Positions 38,318 to 48,244 of a stretch of 64,000 nucleotides of DNA are shown here, piece by piece. The first letter of the stretch is position 1, and every line of letters starts with the position of its first letter. The notes below the pieces were generated by a model. The model saw nothing but the letters and a program-made list of their open reading frames with translations. It had not been told where the DNA came from and did no database searches. The stretch covers positions 416,001 through 480,000 of the forward strand of contig JAXGZN010000002.1 in the NCBI GenBank assembly GCA_040776945.1, in the 5' to 3' direction. This DNA comes from Methanomassiliicoccaceae archaeon (lineage in GTDB: Archaea; Thermoplasmatota; Thermoplasmata; Methanomassiliicoccales; Methanomassiliicoccaceae). The translations under genes and the position numbers were made by a program.

Positions 38318-39004
38318 CTATTTCCGGTCCAGGGCGGCCATCCGCAGCAGAGGCAGCATGTTCATGAGCACCTTTCCCTCGGCCTTGCGGAGATGCTCCA
38401 TGGCCGTCGACCTCGACAGCCCGGTGAGCTTGGCCATATCATCCGCGGAGATCCGGGCAGGCGTGTCGTAGTAGCCGCGCTCGATCGCCAGCGTCAGTAT
38501 ATCGGACTGCTTGGCGGTGAGGCCCTCCATCAAGCCCTCGATGGGCACGAGCATCCCCTCGGTCAGGGACGGCAGGCCGACCTGGCGCATGGATTCCAGG
38601 CTGATCGTCCCTCCGTTCTCCTGGACCAGGCTGACCAGCCTCAGTATGTTGCTCTTGCTCCAAGAGAACACACGATACCTCTCCCACCCGCCCTCGGCAA
38701 CTGTGGGCTGGGCGCACCAGCAATCCGACCGAGATATGAGCGAGGTGACCGATCCAGGGTCCACATCGCGGTCCCGTATGACGATCTCCAATCCGCCGCA
38801 TTGGCGGATGACAGTGGCATAAGGAATAAAGGTCGCCAGGTCCTCCTCGAACTTCTCAAGGTCCTCCGTGGACCTGCTGGTGACCACGGCAACATGGGTG
38901 CTCGCATTGTCCCAGGAGCTGATCCGGAGGCCTGGATATCTTTCAGTGAGCATGCAGTACGGGCAGTTGTGATGGATGTCCAATCTGGCCTCGTAGTTGG
39001 GCAT
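38318..39004 (-). CDS. Bacterio-opsin-activator-type HTH_10 transcription regulator
   Basis: C-terminal LTAKQ..L.LAIERGYYDTPAR...EHLRKAE and N-terminal HHNCPYC. Confidence 0.88.
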   Translation of the reverse strand: MPNYEARLDIHHNCPYCMLTERYPGLRISSWDNASTHVAVVTSRSTEDLEKFEEDLATFIPYATVIRQCGGLEIVIRDRDVDPGSVTSLISRSDCWCAQPTVAEGGWERYRVFSWSKSNILRLVSLVQENGGTISLESMRQVGLPSLTEGMLVPIEGLMEGLTAKQSDILTLAIERGYYDTPARISADDMAKLTGLSRSTAMEHLRKAEGKVLMNMLPLLRMAALDRK

Positions 39005-39419
39005 CGGTGCTCGAACGCCGTGCCTGAAGATAATCATTCCTGCGCCCCTTCGTGTCAATCTATGCCATGCTAATGGCTCTCGAAGACTGCCGTCCTACGG
39101 CGGTGCAATTGATATCGCCACCTTGCGCGCTATGATCGTTCGATCGAAATGATATCCAACGCATCACTGCAAGAGACCAAAGTGCAGGTTCAAGATCAAG
39201 AACTGTCGCTCTATGTCCGGACCGAGCTCAGAGGCATTCCCTTAGCAATAATGGGAGGCCACGAGCCCGATAGGTCCATGATGTATCGTCATGGGCCTCG
39301 CCACGGACCCGTGCGCCAGGCGGGACGATGGCTTTACCACGGGCTGATCGTTCTACTTGGATAGAATACATAAGGACCTGACAAAACCCTTTAATGGCCC
39401 CTGTCCATTGACCGGGAGG

Positions 39420-40088
39420 ATGTCCGGAGAGAAAGGGGCCAGCAAACGCCTTCTCATATATTCGTCCTCTGCGGCATCGATGACCGTCGCCGCATGGTGC
39501 TACGGCCTGCTCTTTTCCAGCTATGAGCTGGCCTTTATCATCCTCATTCCCGCTTCCTTCTTGGGCCTGGGCATGATGATCAAGTATGGCGATCAGGCCT
39601 TCGACGCCAACGTCTATTCCAAGAGGAAGGCCCTCCTTCTCGCTCTTCCCGGAGGTGTTTGGATGGGTTCACTGATGGCCGTGGACCCCGGCTCGGCCAC
39701 GATCTTCATGGGCGTCCTGATAGCCCTCCTGCTGGCCGGAAAGCTCGACAATCTGCCGTTCAAGCTCGGCTTCACCGTGGCGCTCGTCCTCTTCGCCATC
39801 TCCTTTCTAGCGGACCTCGGAAGGTTAGAACCCTTCGCCGCCTTGGTGGTCCTGGCCTTCGCGTACCTCGACGAGAAGGCCAATGACCTCCCCCTTGTTG
39901 GCCGCGGAAGCGGATGGGCCGCCGCCTTATTGAGCAATCGGCCGTTCCTCAAGCTCGCCGTCCTCGCCCTATGCTTGGTCGGAGCGCTGCCCTCACTGCT
40001 GTACTTCTTTGCCTTCCTGGCCTTCGACCTGGGGTATTCAGCGGTGGAGGCCTTCAGCCTACGCGGGGAGGTGGCCTTTCTTGGATGA
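39420..40088 (+). CDS. Conserved-looking membrane protein of unknown function
   Basis: About 7 TM segments with polar motifs KYGDQAFD, AGKLDN, YLDEKAND, RPFLK. Overlaps the downstream GGR gene. Confidence 0.7.
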   Translation: MSGEKGASKRLLIYSSSAASMTVAAWCYGLLFSSYELAFIILIPASFLGLGMMIKYGDQAFDANVYSKRKALLLALPGGVWMGSLMAVDPGSATIFMGVLIALLLAGKLDNLPFKLGFTVALVLFAISFLADLGRLEPFAALVVLAFAYLDEKANDLPLVGRGSGWAAALLSNRPFLKLAVLALCLVGALPSLLYFFAFLAFDLGYSAVEAFSLRGEVAFLG

Positions 40089-41136
40089 CCGCGAGGTTGT
40101 GATAATCGGGGCGGGTCCGGCGGGAGCGTCAGCCGGGTTCTTCCTGAAGAGGGGCAAGGGGAACCTCGACGTTCTCATGATAGACCGCCTCGATGAGGCC
40201 AAGTACGCTAGATACCATCGAATGTGCGGCGAGGCGATCTCCCGTGCGGCGTTCCGAGATCTCCACCCCCTGGGGCCCTCCAACGTGGTCCATGAGATAT
40301 CCAAGGTCCGAGAGGTATGGCCGGGGGGAAGGCACATAGAGGCCAAGGCGTTGGGGTACATACTGGACCGGCCGGCCTTCCTGAAAGGCATACTCGATCG
40401 TTTCCGTTCGCTCGGGGGAGAGATGACCATCGACGCGGTGGAGAGGGTCGAAAGGGACAGCAGAGGAACTATCTTGACCTTCACCTCCGGCAGAACGGTC
40501 CTCGCCAGGAACCTGATCGCCGCCGACGGCGCCAATTCCCTGGTCCGCAGGACCTTGTTCGGAGAGGACCCCCCCATCATGCTGTGGACCGAGCAGCATC
40601 TCGTTAAGCGGAAGGTCCCTGAGGACACCATAACGTTCATCCAGGCGGAAAGGTACAAGGGTGCGTACCGGTGGGAGTTCCCCGCCGGGAACCTCAGCCG
40701 CATCGGCTTCCCACGGGGGACCGACAGCATGGAGGGCGAAGAGGTGGTGGAGACCCATCGTCGGGTCATTCCCGCCGGCGGCATGGGCCGCATAGTGTGT
40801 GGGACCGTCTACCTCGCAGGGGACTCGGCCGGAATGGCCAACCCTCTGACCGCCGGAGGCATCAGGGTGGCCATGGTGGCCGGCAGGAGGGCGGCGGAGG
40901 CGGTTATCGATGGCCGGCCATACTCGTACCAGGAATGGTGGTCATCGTCCCCCTACTCATCGAAGGGGTTCATGAGCGCCTATGCCAAACTTAGCACGAT
41001 GACGGACAGCGATTATGAGAGGGCGTCGAGGGGCTTTGGGAGCAATCCGATACGGTTAGCGTGGTGCTACCTGCGGCGACCGGAGTTCAGGGTGATCTAT
41101 GGCACTTACGCCGCATCAGGTCTATACGGGTGGTAA
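40081..41136 (+). CDS. Geranylgeranyl reductase family FAD-dependent oxidoreductase
   Basis: IIGAGPAG, CGEAI, IAADGANS, YRWEFP, AGDSAGMANPLTAGGI motifs. TTG start with GGAGG upstream. Confidence 0.88.
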   Translation: MDDREVVIIGAGPAGASAGFFLKRGKGNLDVLMIDRLDEAKYARYHRMCGEAISRAAFRDLHPLGPSNVVHEISKVREVWPGGRHIEAKALGYILDRPAFLKGILDRFRSLGGEMTIDAVERVERDSRGTILTFTSGRTVLARNLIAADGANSLVRRTLFGEDPPIMLWTEQHLVKRKVPEDTITFIQAERYKGAYRWEFPAGNLSRIGFPRGTDSMEGEEVVETHRRVIPAGGMGRIVCGTVYLAGDSAGMANPLTAGGIRVAMVAGRRAAEAVIDGRPYSYQEWWSSSPYSSKGFMSAYAKLSTMTDSDYERASRGFGSNPIRLAWCYLRRPEFRVIYGTYAASGLYGW

Positions 41137-41137
41137 A

Positions 41138-42370
41138 TTGGAAAGGGACTATGAGGTATTGGTTGTGGGAGCCGGTCCGGCGGGAAGCGCGGCCGCCCTG
41201 GCCGCCGCGGAGGGCGGATGCAAGACGCTTTTGATCGACCGCAAGAACGAGATCGGCACCCCGGTGCAATGCGGCGAGGTGGTCGGGGAATCGCTGGTCC
41301 GTCATCTAGGGATCAAGATACCTCCACAGGCCATTGCCGCGGTCCAGGACCATACCAGATTCCTTCTCGACCGCCGCCTAATGGTGGTCTCCCACGAACC
41401 TTACTGGAGGAGCCTGACCCTCGAGAGGAAGATCTTCGACAAGCTCATGGCCGCCCGTGCCGCGGAGGCCGGGGCTAGTGTGCAGGCCGGCACCCGCCTC
41501 ATGGACGTCTCGCTCCGGGACGATAAGGTGGTCTCGGCGACGCTCATGCACCATGGGAAGGAAGTGGTGGTGAGGCCCAAGGTCGTCATAGCCGCGGACG
41601 GCGCGCACTCGACCGTGGCCAGGCTTCTCGGCCTGAAGCTGTATCCCGAGGACGCCATGGCCAAGGGGATCGAGTACGAGCTGGTGGCCAGGAAGAGGCT
41701 GCCAAGCGGGATGCACATCTTCCTGGAGCCCGAGGTCGGCCTAGGATATGGCTGGATCATACCCAAGGGACCCAGAAGGGCCAACGTGGGCCTGGGGGTC
41801 ATCGGCATGGAAGGTTCCAGGCGAGACGCCATCATCGATTGGGCCGCTGGGAACCCTGTCATATCGGAGCTCTTCGATCTGGACCAGGTGCTGGAGGTTA
41901 AGAGGGGCGACGCTCCCCTCCCTGGCTTCCTAGGCGGGCCCTGCCAGGGCAATGTGCTATTTGCTGGGGACGCTGCCGGGCAGACCTTGGCGTTCGTAGG
42001 CGAGGGCATACTCCCGTCATATGCGTGCGGCACGGGAGCCGGAGCGGTCGCCGCATCCGCCATACGCACAAGGTCCATGAAGAAACTGGACTGCTATGAC
42101 CGAGCGGTCAAGGACCTAATGGGCTCGGAGCTGGAGAAAGGAGCGGCCCTCAAGGATGCGATCCTTGGGGCATGGGCCGACGACTCCATCACCGAGGGCC
42201 AGCGCACCGTGCTGTGCGGCCTAATAATGTCCGAGTGCGTGTTCCCCGAGCACGTGGTGGACCTACTGCCCCTGCTGTCGCGCTCCACGACCCAGATCGC
42301 CAAGCGGGTCAGGCTCGACATGGAGAAGAGACGCATGAGGGCCAGGATATCGGTGATACGCCGCCGTTAG
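41138..42370 (+). CDS. Geranylgeranyl reductase family FAD-dependent oxidoreductase
   Basis: VVGAGPAG, PVQCGE, IAADGAHS, GYGWIIPKG, ANVGLG, AGDAAG motifs. Confidence 0.9.
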   Translation: MERDYEVLVVGAGPAGSAAALAAAEGGCKTLLIDRKNEIGTPVQCGEVVGESLVRHLGIKIPPQAIAAVQDHTRFLLDRRLMVVSHEPYWRSLTLERKIFDKLMAARAAEAGASVQAGTRLMDVSLRDDKVVSATLMHHGKEVVVRPKVVIAADGAHSTVARLLGLKLYPEDAMAKGIEYELVARKRLPSGMHIFLEPEVGLGYGWIIPKGPRRANVGLGVIGMEGSRRDAIIDWAAGNPVISELFDLDQVLEVKRGDAPLPGFLGGPCQGNVLFAGDAAGQTLAFVGEGILPSYACGTGAGAVAASAIRTRSMKKLDCYDRAVKDLMGSELEKGAALKDAILGAWADDSITEGQRTVLCGLIMSECVFPEHVVDLLPLLSRSTTQIAKRVRLDMEKRRMRARISVIRRR

Positions 42371-42414
42371 CTTTTTACCTCATAGTTGGATTATTCATCC
42401 AACAGTGAACTAAC

Positions 42415-42957
42415 ATGAGCGGAAGGAACATTCGCGAGGACCTCGGCCTGATCCACGTATATACCGGGAACGGCAAAGGCAAGACCACAGCGGCGCTGGG
42501 GTTGGCCTTGAGGGCCATGGGCAACGACCTCAATGTCGTCATGGTGCAGTTCATGAAGAGCGACCAGCACTATGGCGAATATCGGATCTCAAGATCATTG
42601 CCGCATTTCACCCTCCTCCCGATGGGGCGCGACTGCCTGGTGAACGAAAAAAAGATCGCCCAGGCCGACATCGACGCTGCCGAGGCCGCCCTCGCGAAAT
42701 GTGAGGAACTGCTCCGATCGGGAAAGTATGACATGCTGATCATGGACGAGATCAATGTCAGCATGCACTTCGGACTGGTCAAGGTCGCTGATGTAGTTGG
42801 ATTGCTCAGGTCCCGGCCGCCCCGCGTAGAGGTGGTCCTTACCGGACGCTACGCGCCGCCCGAGATAGTGGAGATCGCGGACCTGGTCACCGAGATGAGA
42901 TGCCTCAAGCACCCATATGAGAAAGGGGTGCAGGCCCGGGCGGGCATCGAGAGGTGA
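42415..42957 (+). CDS. cobO: Cob(I)yrinic acid a,c-diamide adenosyltransferase (CobO/BtuR)
   Basis: YTGNGKGKTTAALG, QFMK, MDEIN, VLTGR, KHPY..G motifs. Confidence 0.93.
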   Translation: MSGRNIREDLGLIHVYTGNGKGKTTAALGLALRAMGNDLNVVMVQFMKSDQHYGEYRISRSLPHFTLLPMGRDCLVNEKKIAQADIDAAEAALAKCEELLRSGKYDMLIMDEINVSMHFGLVKVADVVGLLRSRPPRVEVVLTGRYAPPEIVEIADLVTEMRCLKHPYEKGVQARAGIER

Positions 42958-43516
42958 CCGCGGTACCGGCCAAGGCCTTGATCGCGAGGACATATGCATG
43001 ATCTCGGCACCGGGCCACTTTCCAGTTCGGTCCGTCCGATCCCATCGCCGCATCATCGAGGTGACTGTCGCCTCTGCGGGGACCGCGGCCGTCTTATGCC
43101 TTGGCGCGCGCTCGGCGTTCGAGAGGCTAGGCACGGCAGTGTCCCCGACCGTGATGGCATGTGCGGCGTTCTAAATGCTCCATGTGGAGAACGCCTTCAG
43201 GCCGGCGAAGGTCGGACGCAGGAAAGGGCGCGGCCCTATTTTGGCCGTTCGGCCCACCGCGACGGCTTTTCCATCATCAAGCGGATGTGATTCCTGAGGC
43301 AGCCGCGCCTCCGACCTTGGCCATCAGGACGTTCTTGACCCTCGCCATGCGCTACCTGCTGCGATAGTGCCCCATGAGAACAATGCCTATTCAATGCATT
43401 CGCCCTGCATGCAGAGAGAATATCCGGGAGATGCGCGCCCCGAATCTCATGATGAACGCATCCGGGATGCAGGGCCGCCGTCAAACGCTATTAACGGGCG
43501 GCGCCAATCAGGTAGC

Positions 43517-44653
43517 ATGAAGGCCTCGCTCCGGGTCGGTCGCTTGATGGGCATCCCGATCAAGATACACGTCTCCTTCCTGCTCATCCTCCCTTTGTTC
43601 GCGTTCTCCTTCGCCTTTGCGTACACTAGATTGCTGGGCTTCACCCTTGGTTATGGCGGACTGCCTCTCGATGACGTCGCGAAGCTTGTTCTAGGGCTCA
43701 TCGCCGCACTGTTGTTCTTCATCGCTGTCCTGCTGCATGAGCTGGCGCATTCCTACGTGGCTATCCGCAACGGATACAAGATATCGGGGATCACCCTCTT
43801 CCTATTTGGCGGGGTGTCGGAGATCGAGAGCCATCCGAAGGATGCTCCCGGTGAGGCACTGATGGCATTCGTCGGTCCAGCCACCAGCTTCGCCATCGGT
43901 CTCGTGTTCCTGCCGGCCTGGTACCTCCTTGAGGGCATGTCCGGTCTTGGATGGAACATCGCGGCCATTACCGCCGGGCTCATCAGCTTTTACAACATCC
44001 TTCTCGGCGCCTTCAATATCATACCCGCCTTTCCAATGGACGGAGGACGGGTGCTCCGTGCCGTCCTGGTAAAAAGGCTGGGGTTCATCCGGGCCACCAC
44101 AGTGGCCGTTCAAGTGGGCAAGATGATGGCCGTCGCCATGGCCGTCCTGGGCTTCATGATTTTCAACCCATGGCTGATGTTCATCGCCCTTTTCATTTAC
44201 ATCGGGGCCGGCGAGGAGGAACGGGGGACCAAGGTGGCACAGGCTCTGGAAGGGCTTACTGTCGGTCAGATCATGACCACGCCGGTCTCCGTCGTCACGC
44301 CGGGCTCAAGCATCAGGGAGCTGCTGGACCGAATGATCACGGAGAAGCACATGGGATATCCGGTCGTGGAAGGCGATAAGCTAGTGGGAATAGTCACACT
44401 GCAGGATGTGCAGAAGGTCCCCGCCAGCAGGCACGATGATGCCACCGTAGGGAGCATCATGACCGCCGATGTTCTCACCGTGACACCGGATACTCCGGCC
44501 ATGGAGGCTATACAGGCACTGTCAAGGAACCGCATCGGACGCCTGGTGGTGTTGGACCAGGGAAGGATCGGGGGCATAGTGAGCAGGTCGGACCTCATTC
44601 ACATACTGGAGGTCCGGGCCGCAGAGAGGCGGGCCATTGGCCCCAAGGAGTAA
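43517..44653 (+). CDS. Site-2 protease (peptidase M50) with CBS domain pair
   Basis: HELAH and FNIIPAFPMDGGRV motifs, plus two C-terminal CBS repeats. Confidence 0.92.
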   Translation: MKASLRVGRLMGIPIKIHVSFLLILPLFAFSFAFAYTRLLGFTLGYGGLPLDDVAKLVLGLIAALLFFIAVLLHELAHSYVAIRNGYKISGITLFLFGGVSEIESHPKDAPGEALMAFVGPATSFAIGLVFLPAWYLLEGMSGLGWNIAAITAGLISFYNILLGAFNIIPAFPMDGGRVLRAVLVKRLGFIRATTVAVQVGKMMAVAMAVLGFMIFNPWLMFIALFIYIGAGEEERGTKVAQALEGLTVGQIMTTPVSVVTPGSSIRELLDRMITEKHMGYPVVEGDKLVGIVTLQDVQKVPASRHDDATVGSIMTADVLTVTPDTPAMEAIQALSRNRIGRLVVLDQGRIGGIVSRSDLIHILEVRAAERRAIGPKE

Positions 44654-44672
44654 ATCTATTACTTGAAGGAAC

Positions 44673-45737
44673 ATGACCCGGGGCATGAAGATAGGGGTGA
44701 TCGTCCACGGGCCTGAGGTCATCGACTCGGGAATGGCGGTCAGGGTCATGGGCGTTCTGGAAAAAAGGGCCGAGGTCCATGCCACTCTCGGTGGGGCCAT
44801 GGGGGCGGCCGCCATCATCGATGCTGGCCTGGAGGGCCGCATATCCATCGTCCCCCGCCAGCTGGTATCCGATGCCATCCGTGCCATGGACGGCAGCTTC
44901 GACGCCGTGGCCGTGCTCAACTGGTCGAAATCCCGCGAATCCGGACTGGGGTTCGCGGCCATTGTCTTCTCCAGGGTCGCGAACACCACGGTTCCGATAA
45001 TCCATCTTGACAGGGACTTCTATGTGGAATGGCGCCCCTCAGTGCCAGAGCTGCTTCGGGCCGCGGCCGAGGACCTCGGACTTGAGGAAGTGCCCTTCCC
45101 GGCCCCAGAGAGAAGGGTGGACGGAGTAAGGTCGGTCCACGGGGTGATCCCCGGAGAGAACATCTGGATCAACGGGAACGTGGTGGGGAGGGCGACCTCC
45201 AGGGATGTCAGGGTCCGGCTGCGGGACGGTGAACTGACTCTCGACAACGTACGGATCAAAGAGCACGGCCTACAGAAGGTCAAGGTCGACGATCTGTCCA
45301 GAGCGGTGATCCGGACCGGGTCGGTCCGGCGGACAAGGTCCGAGCTCCGCCGGGTCCCTCCTGCCACAGGTGAGCGCCTGATACTGATAGATCATCGGGC
45401 AGAGGATGCCATCTTCCGTGCCAAAGGCGCGAGGGCCGCTATAACCGTGGGGGATGACACCACGCGCATCTCCCGCTCTCTCCTTGCAAGGCTGGGCGTC
45501 CCAGTGATCGGGATAATTGACGGGGACGAGGACGGCATATGCCTGGATGACGCATCGGCACCCGGCTCGGCGGCAATACTGCTCAAGCCGGGGAACGACG
45601 ATCAGCTGGGCGAAGAGGTCCGCAGGACCATATTCGGCGGAGGGCAGGAGATAACCTACTCAGGAAGCCTAGGCGAGTTGGTGGAGCGCATTACGGCCAT
45701 GGCGGGGAACGCTCTGGTCGATGTAAAAAGGAACTAG
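44673..45737 (+). CDS. DUF2117-family methanogen protein
   Basis: IGVIVHGPEVIDSG, LGGAMG..A.IDA, PGENI.NG, IDH.AE, TVGDDTT, IIDGD motifs. Confidence 0.75.
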   Translation: MTRGMKIGVIVHGPEVIDSGMAVRVMGVLEKRAEVHATLGGAMGAAAIIDAGLEGRISIVPRQLVSDAIRAMDGSFDAVAVLNWSKSRESGLGFAAIVFSRVANTTVPIIHLDRDFYVEWRPSVPELLRAAAEDLGLEEVPFPAPERRVDGVRSVHGVIPGENIWINGNVVGRATSRDVRVRLRDGELTLDNVRIKEHGLQKVKVDDLSRAVIRTGSVRRTRSELRRVPPATGERLILIDHRAEDAIFRAKGARAAITVGDDTTRISRSLLARLGVPVIGIIDGDEDGICLDDASAPGSAAILLKPGNDDQLGEEVRRTIFGGGQEITYSGSLGELVERITAMAGNALVDVKRN

Positions 45738-45754
45738 CCGGTCCGACATCCAGA

Positions 45755-46078
45755 TCAGATCGGCCCTGCCAGGATCGTGCTCAGGCCGGCCATGTCGATC
45801 TTGAGCTGCACCACGTCGGCTACCTGCTTGACGATCGAGGTCGCCACGCTGACCTTGGCCGTTCGCAGCAGCGGCTTCTTGACGTTCAGCTCGGACACGA
45901 CCTCCTTCCCCAGCTCTATCACGAGAGAGGATATGGTCCAATCACTGGTGTTCACATAAGCTCCGCTCAGGACACCGACGACCCTGCCATCGGTGGTAAT
46001 GACGTTCTTGCTCTCCAGGCACCCCATTTCAAGGGGCTTCGACTGAACCGCGGGCGTGCTTCCCTGCATCATGCTCAC
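45755..46078 (-). CDS. PRC-barrel domain protein
   Basis: KNVITTDGRVVG...WTISSLVI...VADVVQL pattern. Confidence 0.8.
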   Translation of the reverse strand: MSMMQGSTPAVQSKPLEMGCLESKNVITTDGRVVGVLSGAYVNTSDWTISSLVIELGKEVVSELNVKKPLLRTAKVSVATSIVKQVADVVQLKIDMAGLSTILAGPI

Positions 46079-46180
46079 ATCTCCCCGAAGGGCATTCCTT
46101 CCATTGATATATGTCGCTTAGGACGGCGCGCCGTCCCCACCATCCGACGTCGGGGCGTTAAGGGGTGCCGATAGTTCGCT

Positions 46181-46417
46181 CTACCGGCGGTAGGTGATCA
46201 TCATCAAGGTGACCACGATAAAGGCCAAGCCGGAATAGAGCGGACTGGAGGTAAGCAGCCAGATCACCAGGGCGATCGCCGCTCCGGGGATAAGCACGGC
46301 CAGGGCCTTGATGATGGCGATGATGGCCGCCAACGCGAAGATGAGCAGGACGATGCTCATCAAGGATGAGAAGCCTAGCAACTGGGAACCTCCGTCCAGA
46401 TTGATGGTGTAGCTCAT
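46181..46417 (-). CDS. Small membrane protein
   Basis: 78 aa, almost entirely hydrophobic (2-3 TM). Start 46417 or 46432. Confidence 0.6.
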   Translation of the reverse strand: MSYTINLDGGSQLLGFSSLMSIVLLIFALAAIIAIIKALAVLIPGAAIALVIWLLTSSPLYSGLAFIVVTLMMITYRR

Positions 46418-46480
46418 ATTCAATGTTGCCATCGCCGGGAAGGTGCATGATTTAAGAACGGAACACGGCATCTCGGTTCC

Positions 46481-47380
46481 GTGAAAGTGCTGGTCACGGG
46501 AGGGTCCGGACAACTGTCATCCTATTTGTTCGAGGAGCTCGAGAAGGAACATGAGGCACGAGGGGTGGACCTTCGCGAGCCGGTCTTCGATAGTGCCAAG
46601 GGTAAGGTCGACATCGCCGACATCAGGGATGCCGAGGCCATGCTGGATATCTGCAAGGGGGCCGATGCCATCGTCCATACGGCCGCCCAGGTCTCTGTGC
46701 AGAGGTCCACGGAGGACCCCGCCTTCGATGTGGAGACCAATGTTCTGGGCACGGTGAGGACGCTCAAGGCGGCCAGGGATGCAGGCGTTGCTAAGTTCAT
46801 CTTCATCTCCAGCGCGGCCGTCTATGGCGACCCTCATTATGTGCCGGTGGACGAAGAACATCCTGCCGCCCCTCTGTCCATATACGGCTCGAGCAAGCTC
46901 TCGGCAGAATATTTCGTTCGTGCCTTCGGCTCATCGTTCGGGATGAAATGGGCCATAGTGCGGCCGTTCAACTTCTATTCTCCCCGCGCCGATCCGAAGA
47001 GCCCTTATTCAGGGGTGATAACGAAGTTCACCCAGAACGCCGCGTCGGGGTTGCCTTTAAGGATAGAGGGGGACGGTTCGCAGACCCGGGATTTCCTTCA
47101 CGCGGCGGATGTTGCCAGATTGGTCCGCCTGACCCTGGAGTCCAAGCGTGATGGCCTCACGCTCAATGGCGGCTCCGGCCAAGCTACCAGTATTCTGGAC
47201 CTTGCCAAAACTGTGAAGAAGGTCTGCCCTCGGCCGGTAAACATCGAGCATGTGGCGCCCCGGACCGCGGACATAAAGCATTCCGTGGCCAAGGTAGAGC
47301 GCGCCAGGGAGATGGTAGGTTTCTCAACCCGCATCTCCCTGGAGGAGGGTCTCAAGGCGTTCTTCAGTCGAACGGTCTAA
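46481..47380 (+). CDS. NAD-dependent epimerase/dehydratase (GalE-like extended SDR)
   Basis: VLVTGGSG, SSAAVYG, YGSSK, GDGSQTRDF motifs. Confidence 0.92.
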   Translation: MKVLVTGGSGQLSSYLFEELEKEHEARGVDLREPVFDSAKGKVDIADIRDAEAMLDICKGADAIVHTAAQVSVQRSTEDPAFDVETNVLGTVRTLKAARDAGVAKFIFISSAAVYGDPHYVPVDEEHPAAPLSIYGSSKLSAEYFVRAFGSSFGMKWAIVRPFNFYSPRADPKSPYSGVITKFTQNAASGLPLRIEGDGSQTRDFLHAADVARLVRLTLESKRDGLTLNGGSGQATSILDLAKTVKKVCPRPVNIEHVAPRTADIKHSVAKVERAREMVGFSTRISLEEGLKAFFSRTV

Positions 47381-47745
47381 AATTCCAACAGTCTTTCCCC
47401 TTCCTTGACGAAGACGGTCATGTCAACATTGTAGTTGTAGTCCTCAGTGGTGCCGTCTATCATCTCGATCTTGGCCTTGATCTTGTTCTTTTCGAACGTG
47501 ATCTGAGCGTTCTTCACCCTGGCCTTGTAAAGGTTGATCCTCTTGCCTGCCTGAGTGAGCTTGCGCTCATCACAGTAGATCAGACCGGCGGACTCGAGCA
47601 GATTGATCTTGCGGTAGCATGCGGCGATGGGGATGCCTAGCTTTTCGGAAAGCTCGAAGGCGCTCTTTGCCTTTCCCATTGTAGCGAGCAGGATCTTCGC
47701 AGAGTATTCCTCGGTCAACAGCCTTGATGTCTCCAAAGCGTGCAT
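47377..47745 (-). CDS. Winged helix-turn-helix transcription regulator (archaeal ArsR-like)
   Basis: EEYSAKILLAT..KSAFELSEKLGIPIAACYRKINLLESAGLI. Confidence 0.85.
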   Translation of the reverse strand: MHALETSRLLTEEYSAKILLATMGKAKSAFELSEKLGIPIAACYRKINLLESAGLIYCDERKLTQAGKRINLYKARVKNAQITFEKNKIKAKIEMIDGTTEDYNYNVDMTVFVKEGERLLEF

Positions 47746-48115
47746 TTTCTCTACACCTTGTCCGTTGAACCGGCTAGCGGAATATTTAAAATATCTTGGT
47801 TGATTATCAATATTGAAGCTGAGATATTTTTCTAAGCCAGATGTTGATTTTTTCTGAAAAATCGGTCAAAAATAGCGATATCAATAGTCGGAATATAAAT
47901 TCATAATACTTAATATGGCGGCGATAAAGGTCATCGGCGTCCGGCCCGAAAGGAGAGGCAGGTACCGGAGAACGGGTCGACGAGACGGCCGCCAAACCAG
48001 GACCAATGGCCGACAAGGGACCTCTGCCCCGTCGCCCGCCATCATGCTTTTACACATCGATCTTCACGGCGAAATGATTATGAATCCCTTCTCAGTCCCA
48101 TTCTTCAGGTATAAC

Positions 48116-48214
48116 ATGGCCTGCGGTAAGTGCGGAACCAAGAAGGATGTGAAGAAGGACGACAAGAAGGGAGCCAAGAAAGGATCCAAGCCTGAAGCGC
48201 CTAAGAAGAAGTAG
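48116..48214 (+). CDS. Lysine-rich CxxC microprotein (32 aa)
   Basis: MACGKCGTKKDVKKDDKKGAKKGSKPEAPKKK. AGGT upstream, all-AAG Lys codons, and a T-rich terminator downstream. Confidence 0.65.
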   Translation: MACGKCGTKKDVKKDDKKGAKKGSKPEAPKKK

Positions 48215-48244
48215 GCCCCTTTCAGCGTCGAAGCATTAAACCCT

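Noticed and set aside
39060-39419. Short ORF 39149-39364 or ncRNA between the divergent HTH and membrane genes
   Set aside because: No motif, RBS or stable structure recognised.
42958-43516. 560-nt gap as RNase P/SRP RNA or an unannotated gene
   Set aside because: No GAGGAAAGUCC or SRP helix-8 signature and no convincing ORF. Left unexplained.
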